A stretch of DNA of 37,647 nucleotides from Candidatus Levybacteria bacterium RIFCSPLOWO2_01_FULL_39_10 (GCA_001782515.1 MFOV01000008.1:1-37647), one strand, 5' to 3'; counted from the stretch's first letter, positions 8,072 through 17,143 are shown. Numbers and translations are program-made. The notes: generated by a model not told the origin, from the letters alone.

Positions 8072-8992
8072 TTATCTAGTAGTTAAACGGAAGATTTGAA
8101 ACTCTGTTTCTATTTCTTCCCCATATACATCAATAATCCCAACTCCTACCTCAGCTTTTTGATTTATATCCGGCGATAATAATGGGAGCACATACTCTAA
8201 TTCTACTTTTTCTTTACTATCTTCTGTGTCTATATAATCGATATTTAAATTTAATCTTATTGCGTTACTGCTATCAAGAAGGGTACTTCCTTTTATAACA
8301 ATCGGTGTACCTGGTTTTATTTGCTGTCTGTCTCCATCGGAAAGGTGTTCAACAAATCTATTTTTACTCTCCGAAGAATATCCGACCTCACATGTTACAG
8401 TATTATAATTTGATTCCGCAATTATACACCTCCATAATTTATTATGGACAATAACAATATTCCCTTTGTTTTCATTTTTAGGTACAACTCTAAGTTCGAA
8501 GTCGAAATTTACACCCGGCTGTGCAATTTTATAGAATAAATTAGGATTGTCATATTTTCTGCTCACAACTATTTTAATTATCCTTGGGTTATCTTCGTTT
8601 TTTTTGAAGGCTGACCAACCTACCCAATCTTCTTCATTAAAAGTACTGCAGTAAGCTGGAGCATTTCTACATTCATCATTCAATCCAAGCACTTCTGGAT
8701 TTACAGCTGAAATTATATCCTCTTTTTTTCCTTTTTGAGTACTAGTTGCAGGGTTTTTTATAGGATTAAACTTTACCTTATAGACCAAAACTGGCTCATC
8801 ATTATCTTTAACTATCTCTATAAAATTTAACTTAATAGCCAAAAAGCACATGGCTATAAATAAAAAAATTAAAATGGCTAATTTTCTATGTAAATTAAAC
8901 CAATTTTTGATACTTTCAACTTTTTGTTCATAGATTCTACCGAATATAAATTTAAAGATTTTATGTAAAGTATCCATCTCATAAAAGCGCAT
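8072..8992 (-). CDS. Membrane-anchored hypothetical protein with beta-rich extracellular domain
   Basis: ORF 8072-9040; the TTG at 9040 is part of TTGACA (probably the -35), so ATG 8992 or 8977 is more likely; single TM, paired Cys. Confidence 0.7.
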   Translation of the reverse strand: MRFYEMDTLHKIFKFIFGRIYEQKVESIKNWFNLHRKLAILIFLFIAMCFLAIKLNFIEIVKDNDEPVLVYKVKFNPIKNPATSTQKGKKEDIISAVNPEVLGLNDECRNAPAYCSTFNEEDWVGWSAFKKNEDNPRIIKIVVSRKYDNPNLFYKIAQPGVNFDFELRVVPKNENKGNIVIVHNKLWRCIIAESNYNTVTCEVGYSSESKNRFVEHLSDGDRQQIKPGTPIVIKGSTLLDSSNAIRLNLNIDYIDTEDSKEKVELEYVLPLLSPDINQKAEVGVGIIDVYGEEIETEFQIFRLTTR

Positions 8993-9087
8993 AATGCTGC
9001 GCCTGAAAATAGAATAGAACTTAAGATTACCTATTGTCAATAACTTACTATTTACATATTCTAGTAATACTGGTAATAAAAGATCTT

Positions 9088-9144
9088 CCTCAAAAAAAAC
9101 AGCCCCGAGTCCCCGAGGCTGCCTAAAAACAAAAAATTGTTTTT
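9088..9144 (-). terminator. Cassette-boundary repeat copy 9; doubles as intrinsic terminator of 9159-9923
   Basis: Minus strand AAAAACAATTTTTTGTTTTT-AGG-CAGCCTCGGGGACTCGGGGCTG-TTTTTTTT, 15-70 nt after the stop codon. Confidence 0.85.
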
Positions 9145-9158
9145 ATTCAGATTAGAAA

Positions 9159-9923
9159 TTAATCTCTCTTTCCTGCGTTTTCGTTACTAACTACGTAACT
9201 AACACACGCTCCTTGATTCTTAAAAGTTGGATTATTGAATGTTTTCCACCCATCTTTCTTACACTCGTCTTTATTAGTTGGCGGCCCAACTAAAACTGGA
9301 TCAAACGTGTGAAGGTCTGAATTTACCAACACATTATCCACGAGAACCGTCTGCTCCACGTCACCAAACATCCAGCTAGAATCAACCACCAAGCTGATTC
9401 TAAGAACATTAAGTCCGGCAGTTAACGTTACTGCATCGGCATAGGTGTCATAAAAAGTACCGCCCACTTGACCTGTATCCCACACTGGATTTGGATCTGT
9501 AACTAGGTTGCCACTTGGAACCCAGGTGTTAGGCGTACATCCTGTGTAATTTGGACTAGGTCCAAGATACACAAAAACATTCGCGTCACCTGCGCTCACG
9601 ACTCCATCATTATCAAAGTCGATCCTAACTTGAAATCTCGGAGAACCTCCACCACAGTCATCATCGGTAACATTAAAATCAGTGCTTAACGTGGTTAGAT
9701 CAGCAAGAGTTGTTATACCTGCTGGTACATCAAAGCGCACACCACCCCAACCTGGGGACACGGTTGCGTCCGATCTAATTTGTGCAGCATTGCCTGGGTT
9801 TCCTCCTGCTACTATACTGGCATCACCAAAAAGAGTATAAGCGGCAAAAGCAGATACTGCTGAAAGTCCAAGTACTGTGGCAACTGCAACTACGGAAACT
9901 ACCAATTTTTTAATATTTGTCAT
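9159..9923 (-). CDS. Secreted protein with C-terminal Cys-pair module
   Basis: Signal peptide (…SAFA); C-terminal PTNKDECKKDGWKTFNNPTFKNQGACVSYV; strong AGGAGGTGA SD. Confidence 0.85.
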   Translation of the reverse strand: MTNIKKLVVSVVAVATVLGLSAVSAFAAYTLFGDASIVAGGNPGNAAQIRSDATVSPGWGGVRFDVPAGITTLADLTTLSTDFNVTDDDCGGGSPRFQVRIDFDNDGVVSAGDANVFVYLGPSPNYTGCTPNTWVPSGNLVTDPNPVWDTGQVGGTFYDTYADAVTLTAGLNVLRISLVVDSSWMFGDVEQTVLVDNVLVNSDLHTFDPVLVGPPTNKDECKKDGWKTFNNPTFKNQGACVSYVVSNENAGKRD

Positions 9924-9937
9924 TTATTTCACCTCCT

Positions 9938-10030
9938 CCCTGTTGGATAGTCCCATTAGATGGCGGATTATCTTATCTAACGGGACATCCAACGGGACCA
10001 CGTGAGATGTGTAAACTATCTCACAGTGGC
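9938..10030. repeat. Double-hairpin REP-like element (family C), variant with nested hairpin
   Basis: CCCTGTTGGATAG[TCCCATTAGAT..ATCTAACGGGAC]ATCCAACGGG + CCACGTGAGAT..ATCTCACAGTGG; homologous to 15698-15764 and 17894-17960. Confidence 0.85.
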
Positions 10031-10288
10031 CTATTTTTTCTTTAAATCATTTCTAATTCTATTTTTCATATATCTTTTACCCCAACTTGTTTTTAAATAT
10101 ATTTCTCTATGCAAAGCGTCCGACTTATTCCGACATCCTTCAAAATATACTATCTCAAAAGGTCTCCTTGCCTTTGTCGAAATTACTTCACCTGCATTAT
10201 GTTTTTTTAACCTTTTTTCAAGATTATCGGTATATCCTGTGTAGAATTTTCCGTCTTTAATACTTTTTAAAACATAAACATAAAACAT
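10031..10288 (-). CDS. GIY-YIG nuclease family protein
   Basis: MFYVYVL...FYTGYT.NL.KRL.KHN.G...A.HRE..LK motif; ATG at 10288. Confidence 0.9.
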   Translation of the reverse strand: MFYVYVLKSIKDGKFYTGYTDNLEKRLKKHNAGEVISTKARRPFEIVYFEGCRNKSDALHREIYLKTSWGKRYMKNRIRNDLKKK

Positions 10289-10535
10289 TTCCAAAAGGTA
10301 AATTCTAAATACTAATATCTAAATTCTAACTTGAATATAAGTTGGTTTGCGGATTTAAAACATGCTAGGAGTTCTGGAGAATATTGTGGGGATTTTCCTA
10401 CTGTGGCAGTATTACTATTATCCTCGGAGTTAAAACAATAGAGCATGGATGTTTATAATAGTAACTTATATAGGACTTTGTCAACCCTTTAATTTGAATC
10501 ATGAAGCAAGAATCATGAATCATGGGTAAGTTAAT

Positions 10536-10898
10536 CTAACGGGGTGATTTTGATCTAAAGATTGAGGCGAGGACGTCAAAGTGAGATACCTTCTCAGCAA
10601 ATTTTATAGCTCTTTTTATATCTCCGTTTTCGTAAGATGCTTCTGTTGCGGTTTTGGATGCTTGCTTTGCTTTTTCAAAACTATCAGTAACTTTTTGAAT
10701 ATCATCTACGTACTCGGCGTATGCAGACGTTGCAATTGAGACTCTCCGAAGACTTTCCTCATATCTTTCACCATTGTATTCTTTTGTAAAACGCACCCTA
10801 TTAAACATCTGATATGATTCTTGAAGGACGCAACTTGCTTCGCTTTGAAGCTGACCAGGGTTTAATCTTTCAAGTTCAACGTTTTGCATAGTAGGCAA
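10536..10898 (-). CDS. Hypothetical helical protein
   Basis: 120-aa ORF (ATG alternative at 10889); TTGACA at 10926-10921. Confidence 0.6.
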   Translation of the reverse strand: MPTMQNVELERLNPGQLQSEASCVLQESYQMFNRVRFTKEYNGERYEESLRRVSIATSAYAEYVDDIQKVTDSFEKAKQASKTATEASYENGDIKRAIKFAEKVSHFDVLASIFRSKSPR

Positions 10899-10947
10899 TT
10901 CTAGTACCGTGGTAAATCTTTGTCAATTTTTGATATAATTCCCTGCT

Positions 10948-11256
10948 ATGGAAAGAGATAAAATAGGAATTCAAATAAACGAAAAAGCAGTTGCAGAGTT
11001 TGAAGTAAAAGGAAATAGGATTGTTTCTCCCCGTCGAGTGATTCAAGAAACAATGGGTTTCCCGCTGGTAAACGATAGATTAAAGTTATTTCTTGATGAG
11101 CGAACTGACCTTGTTGTTAGAAGTGGAAGACTAACTGGTGTGAGAGCAAAAGATGCAAGGCGTGTTATTGAAACTGTTAATAGTGATCCTTGGGCTGCTT
11201 TGCCACTTGCTCCAAAGCAAACTCAAAAATTTGTCGCAGATATTCTTAGTCCTTAA
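10948..11256 (+). CDS. Hypothetical protein (102 aa)
   Basis: TATAAT at 10934-10939, 8 nt before ATG; 3' end overlaps cysS end. Confidence 0.65.
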   Translation: MERDKIGIQINEKAVAEFEVKGNRIVSPRRVIQETMGFPLVNDRLKLFLDERTDLVVRSGRLTGVRAKDARRVIETVNSDPWAALPLAPKQTQKFVADILSP

Positions 11257-12592
11257 TTTTTTTAATTTTAGTGCCTGTAGGAGTATCCTCAACTGTAAAG
11301 CCTTTTTCTTCTATTTGAACACGGATTTTATCCGCTTCACTAAAGTCGCCGCTTTTCCTAAACTGTTCCCTTTTTTGAATTAACGAACGAACTTCATCCG
11401 GAACTTCCACTTTTTCCGGTTTAAACTCTGCCAAACCAAGTCCCAAAATTTCATCAAATTTTAAAAGGCTTTTCTTTTTAGCGCTTCCCGGATAATCTGA
11501 GCGAACCATTTCCCAAACAACAGACAACGCCTCGGGCATATTCAAATCATCACTTACCGCGTCCTTAAATCTTTGCTCAAACTCGGCACATCCCACTTTT
11601 GCCTCTCCCCAGGAAGCAAGTTCCCCCCGGAGTCTTTCAAGCGCATTTTCAGCTCCCCGCAGTGCCTCCCATGTAAAATTCATCTCCTGACGGTAGTGAG
11701 TCTGTAAATATAAATAGCGAAGAGAAAGGGGTTCAATGCCGTTGTCTTCAATGTCTGAAAGTGTGTAAAAATTGCCAAGACTTTTACTCATTTTCTGCCC
11801 TTCAACCAGAATGTGTGCGCCGTGCACAAAATAATTTACAAATTTCTTGCCGGTTTTGCCCTCAGACTGGGCAATTTCATTCTCATGGTGCGGGAAAATA
11901 AGATCAACCCCTCCTGCGTGAATATCAAATGTTTCACCCAGAGATTCCTGACTCATAACCGAGCACTCAATATGCCAGCCCGGTCTTCCCCACCCCCATG
12001 GCGAATCATAACCAAACTCTTCCCTTCCCTCCGCCTTCCAAAGAGCAAAATCCTGAACGTCATCTTTTGTATATTCATCAGACAGTATCCTTGTTCCAGA
12101 TTTTAGATTTGAAACATCAATCCCCGACAGCTTTCCATATGAGTCAAACTTAGAAATATCAAAGTAAATAGACCCGTCTTCTTCTTTATATGCCAGTCCT
12201 TTTTCGAGCAAAACCTGAATATAGTCAATCATCTTTTGTATATACTCTGTAGCATGTGGCATTTTATCTTTATCCTTTATATTTAGTTTTTTTATATCTT
12301 CAAGGAAATATTTTTCGTACTCGGCTGTTAAGTTTGACACTTTAACATTTTGCTCTTTGGCTTTTTTAATAATTTTGTCATCAATATCAGTTATGTTTTG
12401 GATAGAGGTAACGCTGTAGCCGTTGAGCTCAAGTACTCGTTCAAGTAAATCCGATAATAAAAAAGTTCGAAGATTTCCAATGTGCATATAGTCATATACA
12501 GTCGGTCCACAAGTGTAGATTCCAACTTTTCTTTCATGGATTGGTTTAAACTCCTCAACTTTCCGCGATAATGTATTGTAAAGTTTTAACAT
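11246..12592 (-). CDS. cysS: Cysteine--tRNA ligase
   Basis: CGPTVY, HIGN, GRPGWHIECS, HHENE, KMSKS motifs. Confidence 0.98.
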   Translation of the reverse strand: MLKLYNTLSRKVEEFKPIHERKVGIYTCGPTVYDYMHIGNLRTFLLSDLLERVLELNGYSVTSIQNITDIDDKIIKKAKEQNVKVSNLTAEYEKYFLEDIKKLNIKDKDKMPHATEYIQKMIDYIQVLLEKGLAYKEEDGSIYFDISKFDSYGKLSGIDVSNLKSGTRILSDEYTKDDVQDFALWKAEGREEFGYDSPWGWGRPGWHIECSVMSQESLGETFDIHAGGVDLIFPHHENEIAQSEGKTGKKFVNYFVHGAHILVEGQKMSKSLGNFYTLSDIEDNGIEPLSLRYLYLQTHYRQEMNFTWEALRGAENALERLRGELASWGEAKVGCAEFEQRFKDAVSDDLNMPEALSVVWEMVRSDYPGSAKKKSLLKFDEILGLGLAEFKPEKVEVPDEVRSLIQKREQFRKSGDFSEADKIRVQIEEKGFTVEDTPTGTKIKKIKD

Positions 12593-12650
12593 ACTAATTA
12601 AATTCTAATATCTAATTTCTAATCAAGGACTCTATTTTTCGATTTTAAAT

Positions 12651-13075
12651 TATTGTTCGAGCGAAGTCGAGAACAAGAATTTAACATAAACTTACCATTC
12701 TTTCTTCCAATCGCCTTTTATAAGTTTTTCTTTCTTTTTTCTGCTCCAATCTTTAATTTGAATTTCTCTTTTTCTTGCAGTTTCTAAATCCTCATGTTCT
12801 TCCAAATACGCAAGTTTTCTAACTCCATGTTTCGCTGTGTACTTGCTTCCAAATTTTGATAAATGTTGCTCAAATCTAATTTCTGGCTTCCAAGTTATTC
12901 CTGTATAGTAAGTCCCATCTAAGCATTCTAAAATATAAACAAACCATTTCCATTTTCTCATGATACTTCTCCACGCGCTACGCTTGGTCGAAGAATATTG
13001 TTCGAGCGAAGTCGAGAACTCATGATGCTTTCTTCTCGACTCTCCTTCGACAAACTCAGGATCGCTCGAAGAATA
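12651..13075. mobile_element. GIY-YIG gene flanked by REP-like repeats (putative mobile unit)
   Basis: 24-bp direct repeat TATTGTTCGAGCGAAGTCGAGAAC at 12651-12674 and 12996-13019; inverted partners at 12967-12997 and 13033-13075. Confidence 0.55.
12692..12961 (-). CDS. GIY-YIG nuclease family protein (UPF0213-like)
   Basis: WFVYILEC.DGTYYTGIT...R..QH...GSKYT...A.KRE.QIK.WSR.KKE.LI. Confidence 0.92.
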   Translation of the reverse strand: MRKWKWFVYILECLDGTYYTGITWKPEIRFEQHLSKFGSKYTAKHGVRKLAYLEEHEDLETARKREIQIKDWSRKKKEKLIKGDWKKEW

Positions 13076-13090
13076 AATTAGGTTAATTAT

Positions 13091-13690
13091 CTACCCGCTG
13101 ACGCCGGGTAGTTTTTCTGCTGTTCCTTGTTTTACGTTTACCGGAAGCTCGGGCGGTTTTTCGCGCTTTGTTTCAAGTTCTTCCATCTTCTCTTCCTCTT
13201 CCTCTCTTTCCACTTTTTCCTTCGCCCTTTCTTCCTGTTTGGCAGGAGCATTAAATGTGGGATCATAGTACTGCTCTTTGTGAAGTTCTTGTCTTATTTT
13301 TGTTTTCTTTGCTTCCTCCTCGGGATCTACTTCCGGTTTTAAACTAGGAATCCCAAACATGTCTTTAATTGTGCCCGGTTTTTGATTGTCTGATGGCTGA
13401 TTGCTGATGGCTGATTGCTGACTATTCTTAGGCCCGTATAAATTTTGAAGAAACTCCTGAGCCTCCTCGTCCGTCATTTGCTGATTTTGAGTCTGAATAG
13501 CTTGATTTTGTTCATTTGTCCCCTGATCTAAGTTTTGATCACTGTTCGAACTTGAATCCGAACCGGTAAGCTGTCCTGCAGCAGATTTCCCAAAATCAGA
13601 CGCTCCTTTTTTTACACCTTTAGAACTGCTTTGAACAATACTCTGCCCTTTTTCGATTACTTCTTCTGAAAAATGTCCAAAACCTTTCAT
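13091..13690 (-). CDS. Hypothetical low-complexity, charged protein
   Basis: 199-aa ORF co-oriented downstream of recR; Q/N/S- and E/K-rich. Confidence 0.75.
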   Translation of the reverse strand: MKGFGHFSEEVIEKGQSIVQSSSKGVKKGASDFGKSAAGQLTGSDSSSNSDQNLDQGTNEQNQAIQTQNQQMTDEEAQEFLQNLYGPKNSQQSAISNQPSDNQKPGTIKDMFGIPSLKPEVDPEEEAKKTKIRQELHKEQYYDPTFNAPAKQEERAKEKVEREEEEEKMEELETKREKPPELPVNVKQGTAEKLPGVSG

Positions 13691-13744
13691 ATTTTTATAT
13701 TTAAATTTGCTTAAAACTTTTAACTTTTCACTCTGAACTTTTAA

Positions 13745-14401
13745 CTATATCTCTATCCTTCCTTCCATGGCCCGTTGCAAAGTTATCTCATCAGCATATT
13801 CCAAATCCGCGCCTATCGGCAAACCTCTCCCGATCCTTGTTACTTTTAGCTTTTCGCCCTGCCTGCCGGCAGGCAGGTTTTGCTTGTCCGCCGGAGCCTT
13901 GGCGGAGGCGGAAGCTTTTAGCTGTTTATCAATATACATTGCAGTTGCTTCACCCTCCATTGTCGGATTTGTCGCAAGTATAATTTCCGTGACACTTCCT
14001 TCACCTTTTACTCTATCAAGGAGTTGCTTAATATATATTTCATCCGGTCCTATGTTATTCAAAGGATCAATCCGGCCGTGCAGGACATGATAAACGCCTT
14101 TATATTTTCCGCTTTTTTCAAGTGCCAAAACATCCAGCGGCTCCTCAACCACACAAATTACACCCTGATCGCGCTCGGGATCTGAACAAATTTCGCATGG
14201 ATCAGTCTCTCCTACAGTAAAACAATTTGAACAAATTATTGTTCCGGTTTTTAAGTTTTGGAGACTTTGGGCAAACTTATCGAGTTCGTATTGCGGTACG
14301 TGTAAAAGATAAAAAGTAAGCCTTTGGGCGGTTTTTGGCCCAATGCCCGGTAATTTTTCAAATGATTCGGTCAATGCCTGTACTGCTTTTGGAATCTTCA
14401 T
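13745..14401 (-). CDS. recR: Recombination mediator RecR
   Basis: LPGIGPKTAQRL, C4 zinc finger, YHVLHG, ATNPTMEGEATA, ATG at 14401; in-frame palindrome insertion near the C-terminus. Confidence 0.97.
   Translation of the reverse strand: MKIPKAVQALTESFEKLPGIGPKTAQRLTFYLLHVPQYELDKFAQSLQNLKTGTIICSNCFTVGETDPCEICSDPERDQGVICVVEEPLDVLALEKSGKYKGVYHVLHGRIDPLNNIGPDEIYIKQLLDRVKGEGSVTEIILATNPTMEGEATAMYIDKQLKASASAKAPADKQNLPAGRQGEKLKVTRIGRGLPIGADLEYADEITLQRAMEGRIEI
13858..13915. repeat. Two palindromic elements in-frame within recR
   Basis: Perfect palindrome CCTGCCTGCCGGCAGGCAGG (13858-13877) and GCTTGTCCGCCGGAGCCTTGGCGGAGGCGGAAGC (13882-13915); intergenic relative at 35062-35096. Confidence 0.85.
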
Positions 14402-14460
14402 GATTCTAGTTATTAGCAATTAGCATTTAGCCATTAGTTAATAAAACTAAAAGCTAGTTG

Positions 14461-15405
14461 CTAGTGGCTAGTTGCTCCTTTCAATTCTTCTGCTATCATA
14501 TCTGCAACACTTATTATCTCAAGTTTTCCAAATTTTCGATTTTCTGGTATCTCAATTGTATCTGTAACAATCACTTTTTTAATATTTGAATTTTGTATTT
14601 CTTGGGGAGCATCTCCTGCAAAAACTCCATGGGTAGACATAGCATAAACCTCCTCTGCCCCATTCTCCGTTAAAAGATCTGCTGAGGCAATTAAAGTTTT
14701 GCCTGTTGAAATAACATCATCGACAATTACTGCTGTTTTTTTAACGCCTCCTGTAAACTTGAGCGACTTAATATCCCCTGTTACAAGGTCTCTGTCTTTT
14801 TCAACTGTAACATATGGCACTCCGCCAAGCTCTTCTGAAATTTTTTTAATTCGTGCAATGCCTCCCATGTCAGGACTTACTAAAACAAGCTCGTGATTTA
14901 TGATTGATGATTTATGATTGATGATTTCGTGAGGGGTGGCGAGCGAATTTATTTTTTTTGCAAATAAGGGAATGGCTGAAAGTTCCCTCACTTCTTTTTT
15001 GAAAAGCTCGGATATTTTGACCGAATGAAACTCAAATGAAATAAATCTATCAACTCCAAGACTTTCCAAAATCTTAATTATAACCTCAAGCGAAACGCCT
15101 TCACCTGATCTAAACACATGGTCCTGTCTTTGATACCCAAGATAAGGGATTACAAGTGTAACTCGCCGTGCTCCTGATCTTTTAAGAGAATCGAGGATGA
15201 AAAAAAGCTCCATGTAGTATAAGTTGGGAGATATTCCCGTAGACTGTACCACCACAACATCCTGATCTAATACATCACTTATTACCCTGACTCTGTTTTC
15301 GTTGTCGGGAAAAGTATGAATTTCAATTTGGCCCAAGTCGTAACCTTTGTGATCGGCGATTTTTTGAGCCAAACTTTTATTTGAGCTTCCTGAAAAAATT
15401 AACAT
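14461..15405 (-). CDS. prs: Ribose-phosphate pyrophosphokinase
   Basis: FPDNE, PYLGYQRQD, VSPDMGG, VDDVISTGKTL, THGVF motifs. Confidence 0.96.
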   Translation of the reverse strand: MLIFSGSSNKSLAQKIADHKGYDLGQIEIHTFPDNENRVRVISDVLDQDVVVVQSTGISPNLYYMELFFILDSLKRSGARRVTLVIPYLGYQRQDHVFRSGEGVSLEVIIKILESLGVDRFISFEFHSVKISELFKKEVRELSAIPLFAKKINSLATPHEIINHKSSIINHELVLVSPDMGGIARIKKISEELGGVPYVTVEKDRDLVTGDIKSLKFTGGVKKTAVIVDDVISTGKTLIASADLLTENGAEEVYAMSTHGVFAGDAPQEIQNSNIKKVIVTDTIEIPENRKFGKLEIISVADMIAEELKGATSH

Positions 15406-15686
15406 TAACTACCACCTAAAAGCCCTGATAGCCCTCCTTGCATTCCTGCAAGTTTTTTAGCAGCTATTTCCTGGGATTTTTTAATAGCTTCATTTACCGC
15501 ATCTTTAATGTCGCTATCTGACCTATCATTAGTCTTAAGTTCCTGAATTTTTTGATCTCCTGAGATTTTTATTTCAACTCCGTGTTTTTCAACGTCAATT
15601 ATCTCTGCTGCAAGAAGCCGCTGAATCTGCATAGCCTGATCGCGCATCTTTTTTAATTCTCCAATTTGTCCAAAAGGATTTCTCAT
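15405..15686 (-). CDS. ybaB: YbaB/EbfC nucleoid-associated protein
   Basis: Between dnaX and recR; Q..L......GVEIKISGDQKI...AVNEA pattern; GGAGGTGA SD before ATG 15686. Confidence 0.85.
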   Translation of the reverse strand: MRNPFGQIGELKKMRDQAMQIQRLLAAEIIDVEKHGVEIKISGDQKIQELKTNDRSDSDIKDAVNEAIKKSQEIAAKKLAGMQGGLSGLLGGS

Positions 15687-15697
15687 AAAATTCACCT

Positions 15698-15764
15698 CCC
15701 CCTGTTGGATAACCTTCGATATCCAACGGGGTCACGTTGGATGCGCTAGCTATCCAACAGTGAC
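15698..15764. repeat. Double-hairpin REP-like element (family C)
   Basis: CCCCTGTTGGATA-ACCTTCGA-TATCCAACGGG-GTCACGTTGGATGC-GCTA-GCTATCCAACAGTGAC; near-identical to 17894-17960. Confidence 0.92.
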
Positions 15765-17143
15765 TAATTTTTTAATTTTATCTCAACTTTTATTTTTTCG
15801 CCTGTTATCTCACTCGCAAACCTTTCAATCAAAGCTTGCGCATTTTCACTACTTAATCTATCTTTATGAAACTTGTAACCTGTTGAAAGGGTAAGTTTGT
15901 TTTTATCGAATTTTTCAATCTTACATCCTCGCAATAACCCTGCAACTGTGACATTTTCTTTTTTAATTTTTTCTATCAGCTCTTCTAATATCTTATCATC
16001 TTTATTCTCACCAACGCTTGGGTTTTTCAAACTTAAACTCGGATTCTGGGAAATGTTCGTCTGATTATCCGAATCACTGATACTCCGATTCTCTGAGTTT
16101 TCTGAGTTTTCTGAGTTTTCCGAAAAGCACCACTCAACTATTGCAAGCTCAAGTGGAAGCTGCGGAATTACGGAATATTTTACTTCCATATGAGATTTTG
16201 ATAAAAGAAGAATAAGATCCCTTGTTTCATTTGTTTTTCCTAATCCTTGCCTTGCTTCATTTATAAGTCTTTGGTGGAGTTCTTCAATAAGATTCTGGGT
16301 AAACAGCTTAAAATCAATGCCAGCGTTTGATAGATCATTGACGGTTTCGATTGCCGCATTTACGTCTTTTTCCGAAAGCGCGCTGACAAGCTCCTCTGTT
16401 GCCAAGTTTAAAGTTTTTGTTTTGTATCTTTTCTCAACTGTAATTAAACTAATACTTGATGATGTTGATAGTTCTTCAAGAATTTTTGCGCCGTCTCTAA
16501 AACTTCCGTCTGACAATTTTGCAATCTGAATTAAAGCTTCCTTATCCGCTTTTATTTTTTCTCCTTTTACAATTTGCTGAAATGAGGAAACGAGCTCCTC
16601 ATTTGTTGCTTTTGAAAAAGACAAATGAAAACAGCGAGACTTAATCGTCTCAGGAACTTTCTGAGATTCTGTTGTGCATAAAATAAAATACGCATGGGAC
16701 GGCGGCTCTTCAAGTGTTTTTAAAAGTGCGTTGAATGCTTCAGTTGTCAGCATATGCACCTCGTCAATTATATAGATTTTTTTCTTTGACTGAACAGGTG
16801 AGAGTCTTATCTTCTCCCTCAAATCCCTTATCTCATCAATTCCGCGATTTGAAGCAGCATCAATCTCAATCACATCAAGATTTGTGCCATTTCCAATTGA
16901 TAAGCAAGGAAAGCATTTGTTACAAGGCTCAATATCCCTGCCGCGCCTATTAGTGCAATTTATTGCTTTTGCTATAAGACGCGCGGTTGATGTTTTTCCA
17001 AGACCCCGGCCGCCTGTAAACAAAAATGCGTGGGGAATTTTGTCAGGAATATTCCCTTTTAGCGCGTTTTCAAGCTTTTCCCGCGCCGAAACGCAGTCAA
17101 GCTCTGAAAATTTCTTCGGTCGGTATTTTAAATAAAAAACCAT
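15764..17143 (-). CDS. dnaX: DNA polymerase III subunit gamma/tau
   Basis: KYRP, GGRGLGKT Walker A, EIDAAS, IIDEVHML, AFNALLKTLEEPP, SRC. Confidence 0.97.
   Translation of the reverse strand: MVFYLKYRPKKFSELDCVSAREKLENALKGNIPDKIPHAFLFTGGRGLGKTSTARLIAKAINCTNRRGRDIEPCNKCFPCLSIGNGTNLDVIEIDAASNRGIDEIRDLREKIRLSPVQSKKKIYIIDEVHMLTTEAFNALLKTLEEPPSHAYFILCTTESQKVPETIKSRCFHLSFSKATNEELVSSFQQIVKGEKIKADKEALIQIAKLSDGSFRDGAKILEELSTSSSISLITVEKRYKTKTLNLATEELVSALSEKDVNAAIETVNDLSNAGIDFKLFTQNLIEELHQRLINEARQGLGKTNETRDLILLLSKSHMEVKYSVIPQLPLELAIVEWCFSENSENSENSENRSISDSDNQTNISQNPSLSLKNPSVGENKDDKILEELIEKIKKENVTVAGLLRGCKIEKFDKNKLTLSTGYKFHKDRLSSENAQALIERFASEITGEKIKVEIKLKN

Noticed and set aside
3211..9144. CRISPR array or classical integron
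   Set aside because: Intervals are 450-1090 bp whole genes, there are no attC core sites, and no cas or intI gene is in the window.
3211..9144. Repeats as ordinary terminators only
   Set aside because: All copies share one orientation regardless of gene direction and three sit between divergent gene starts; termination may still be one of their functions.
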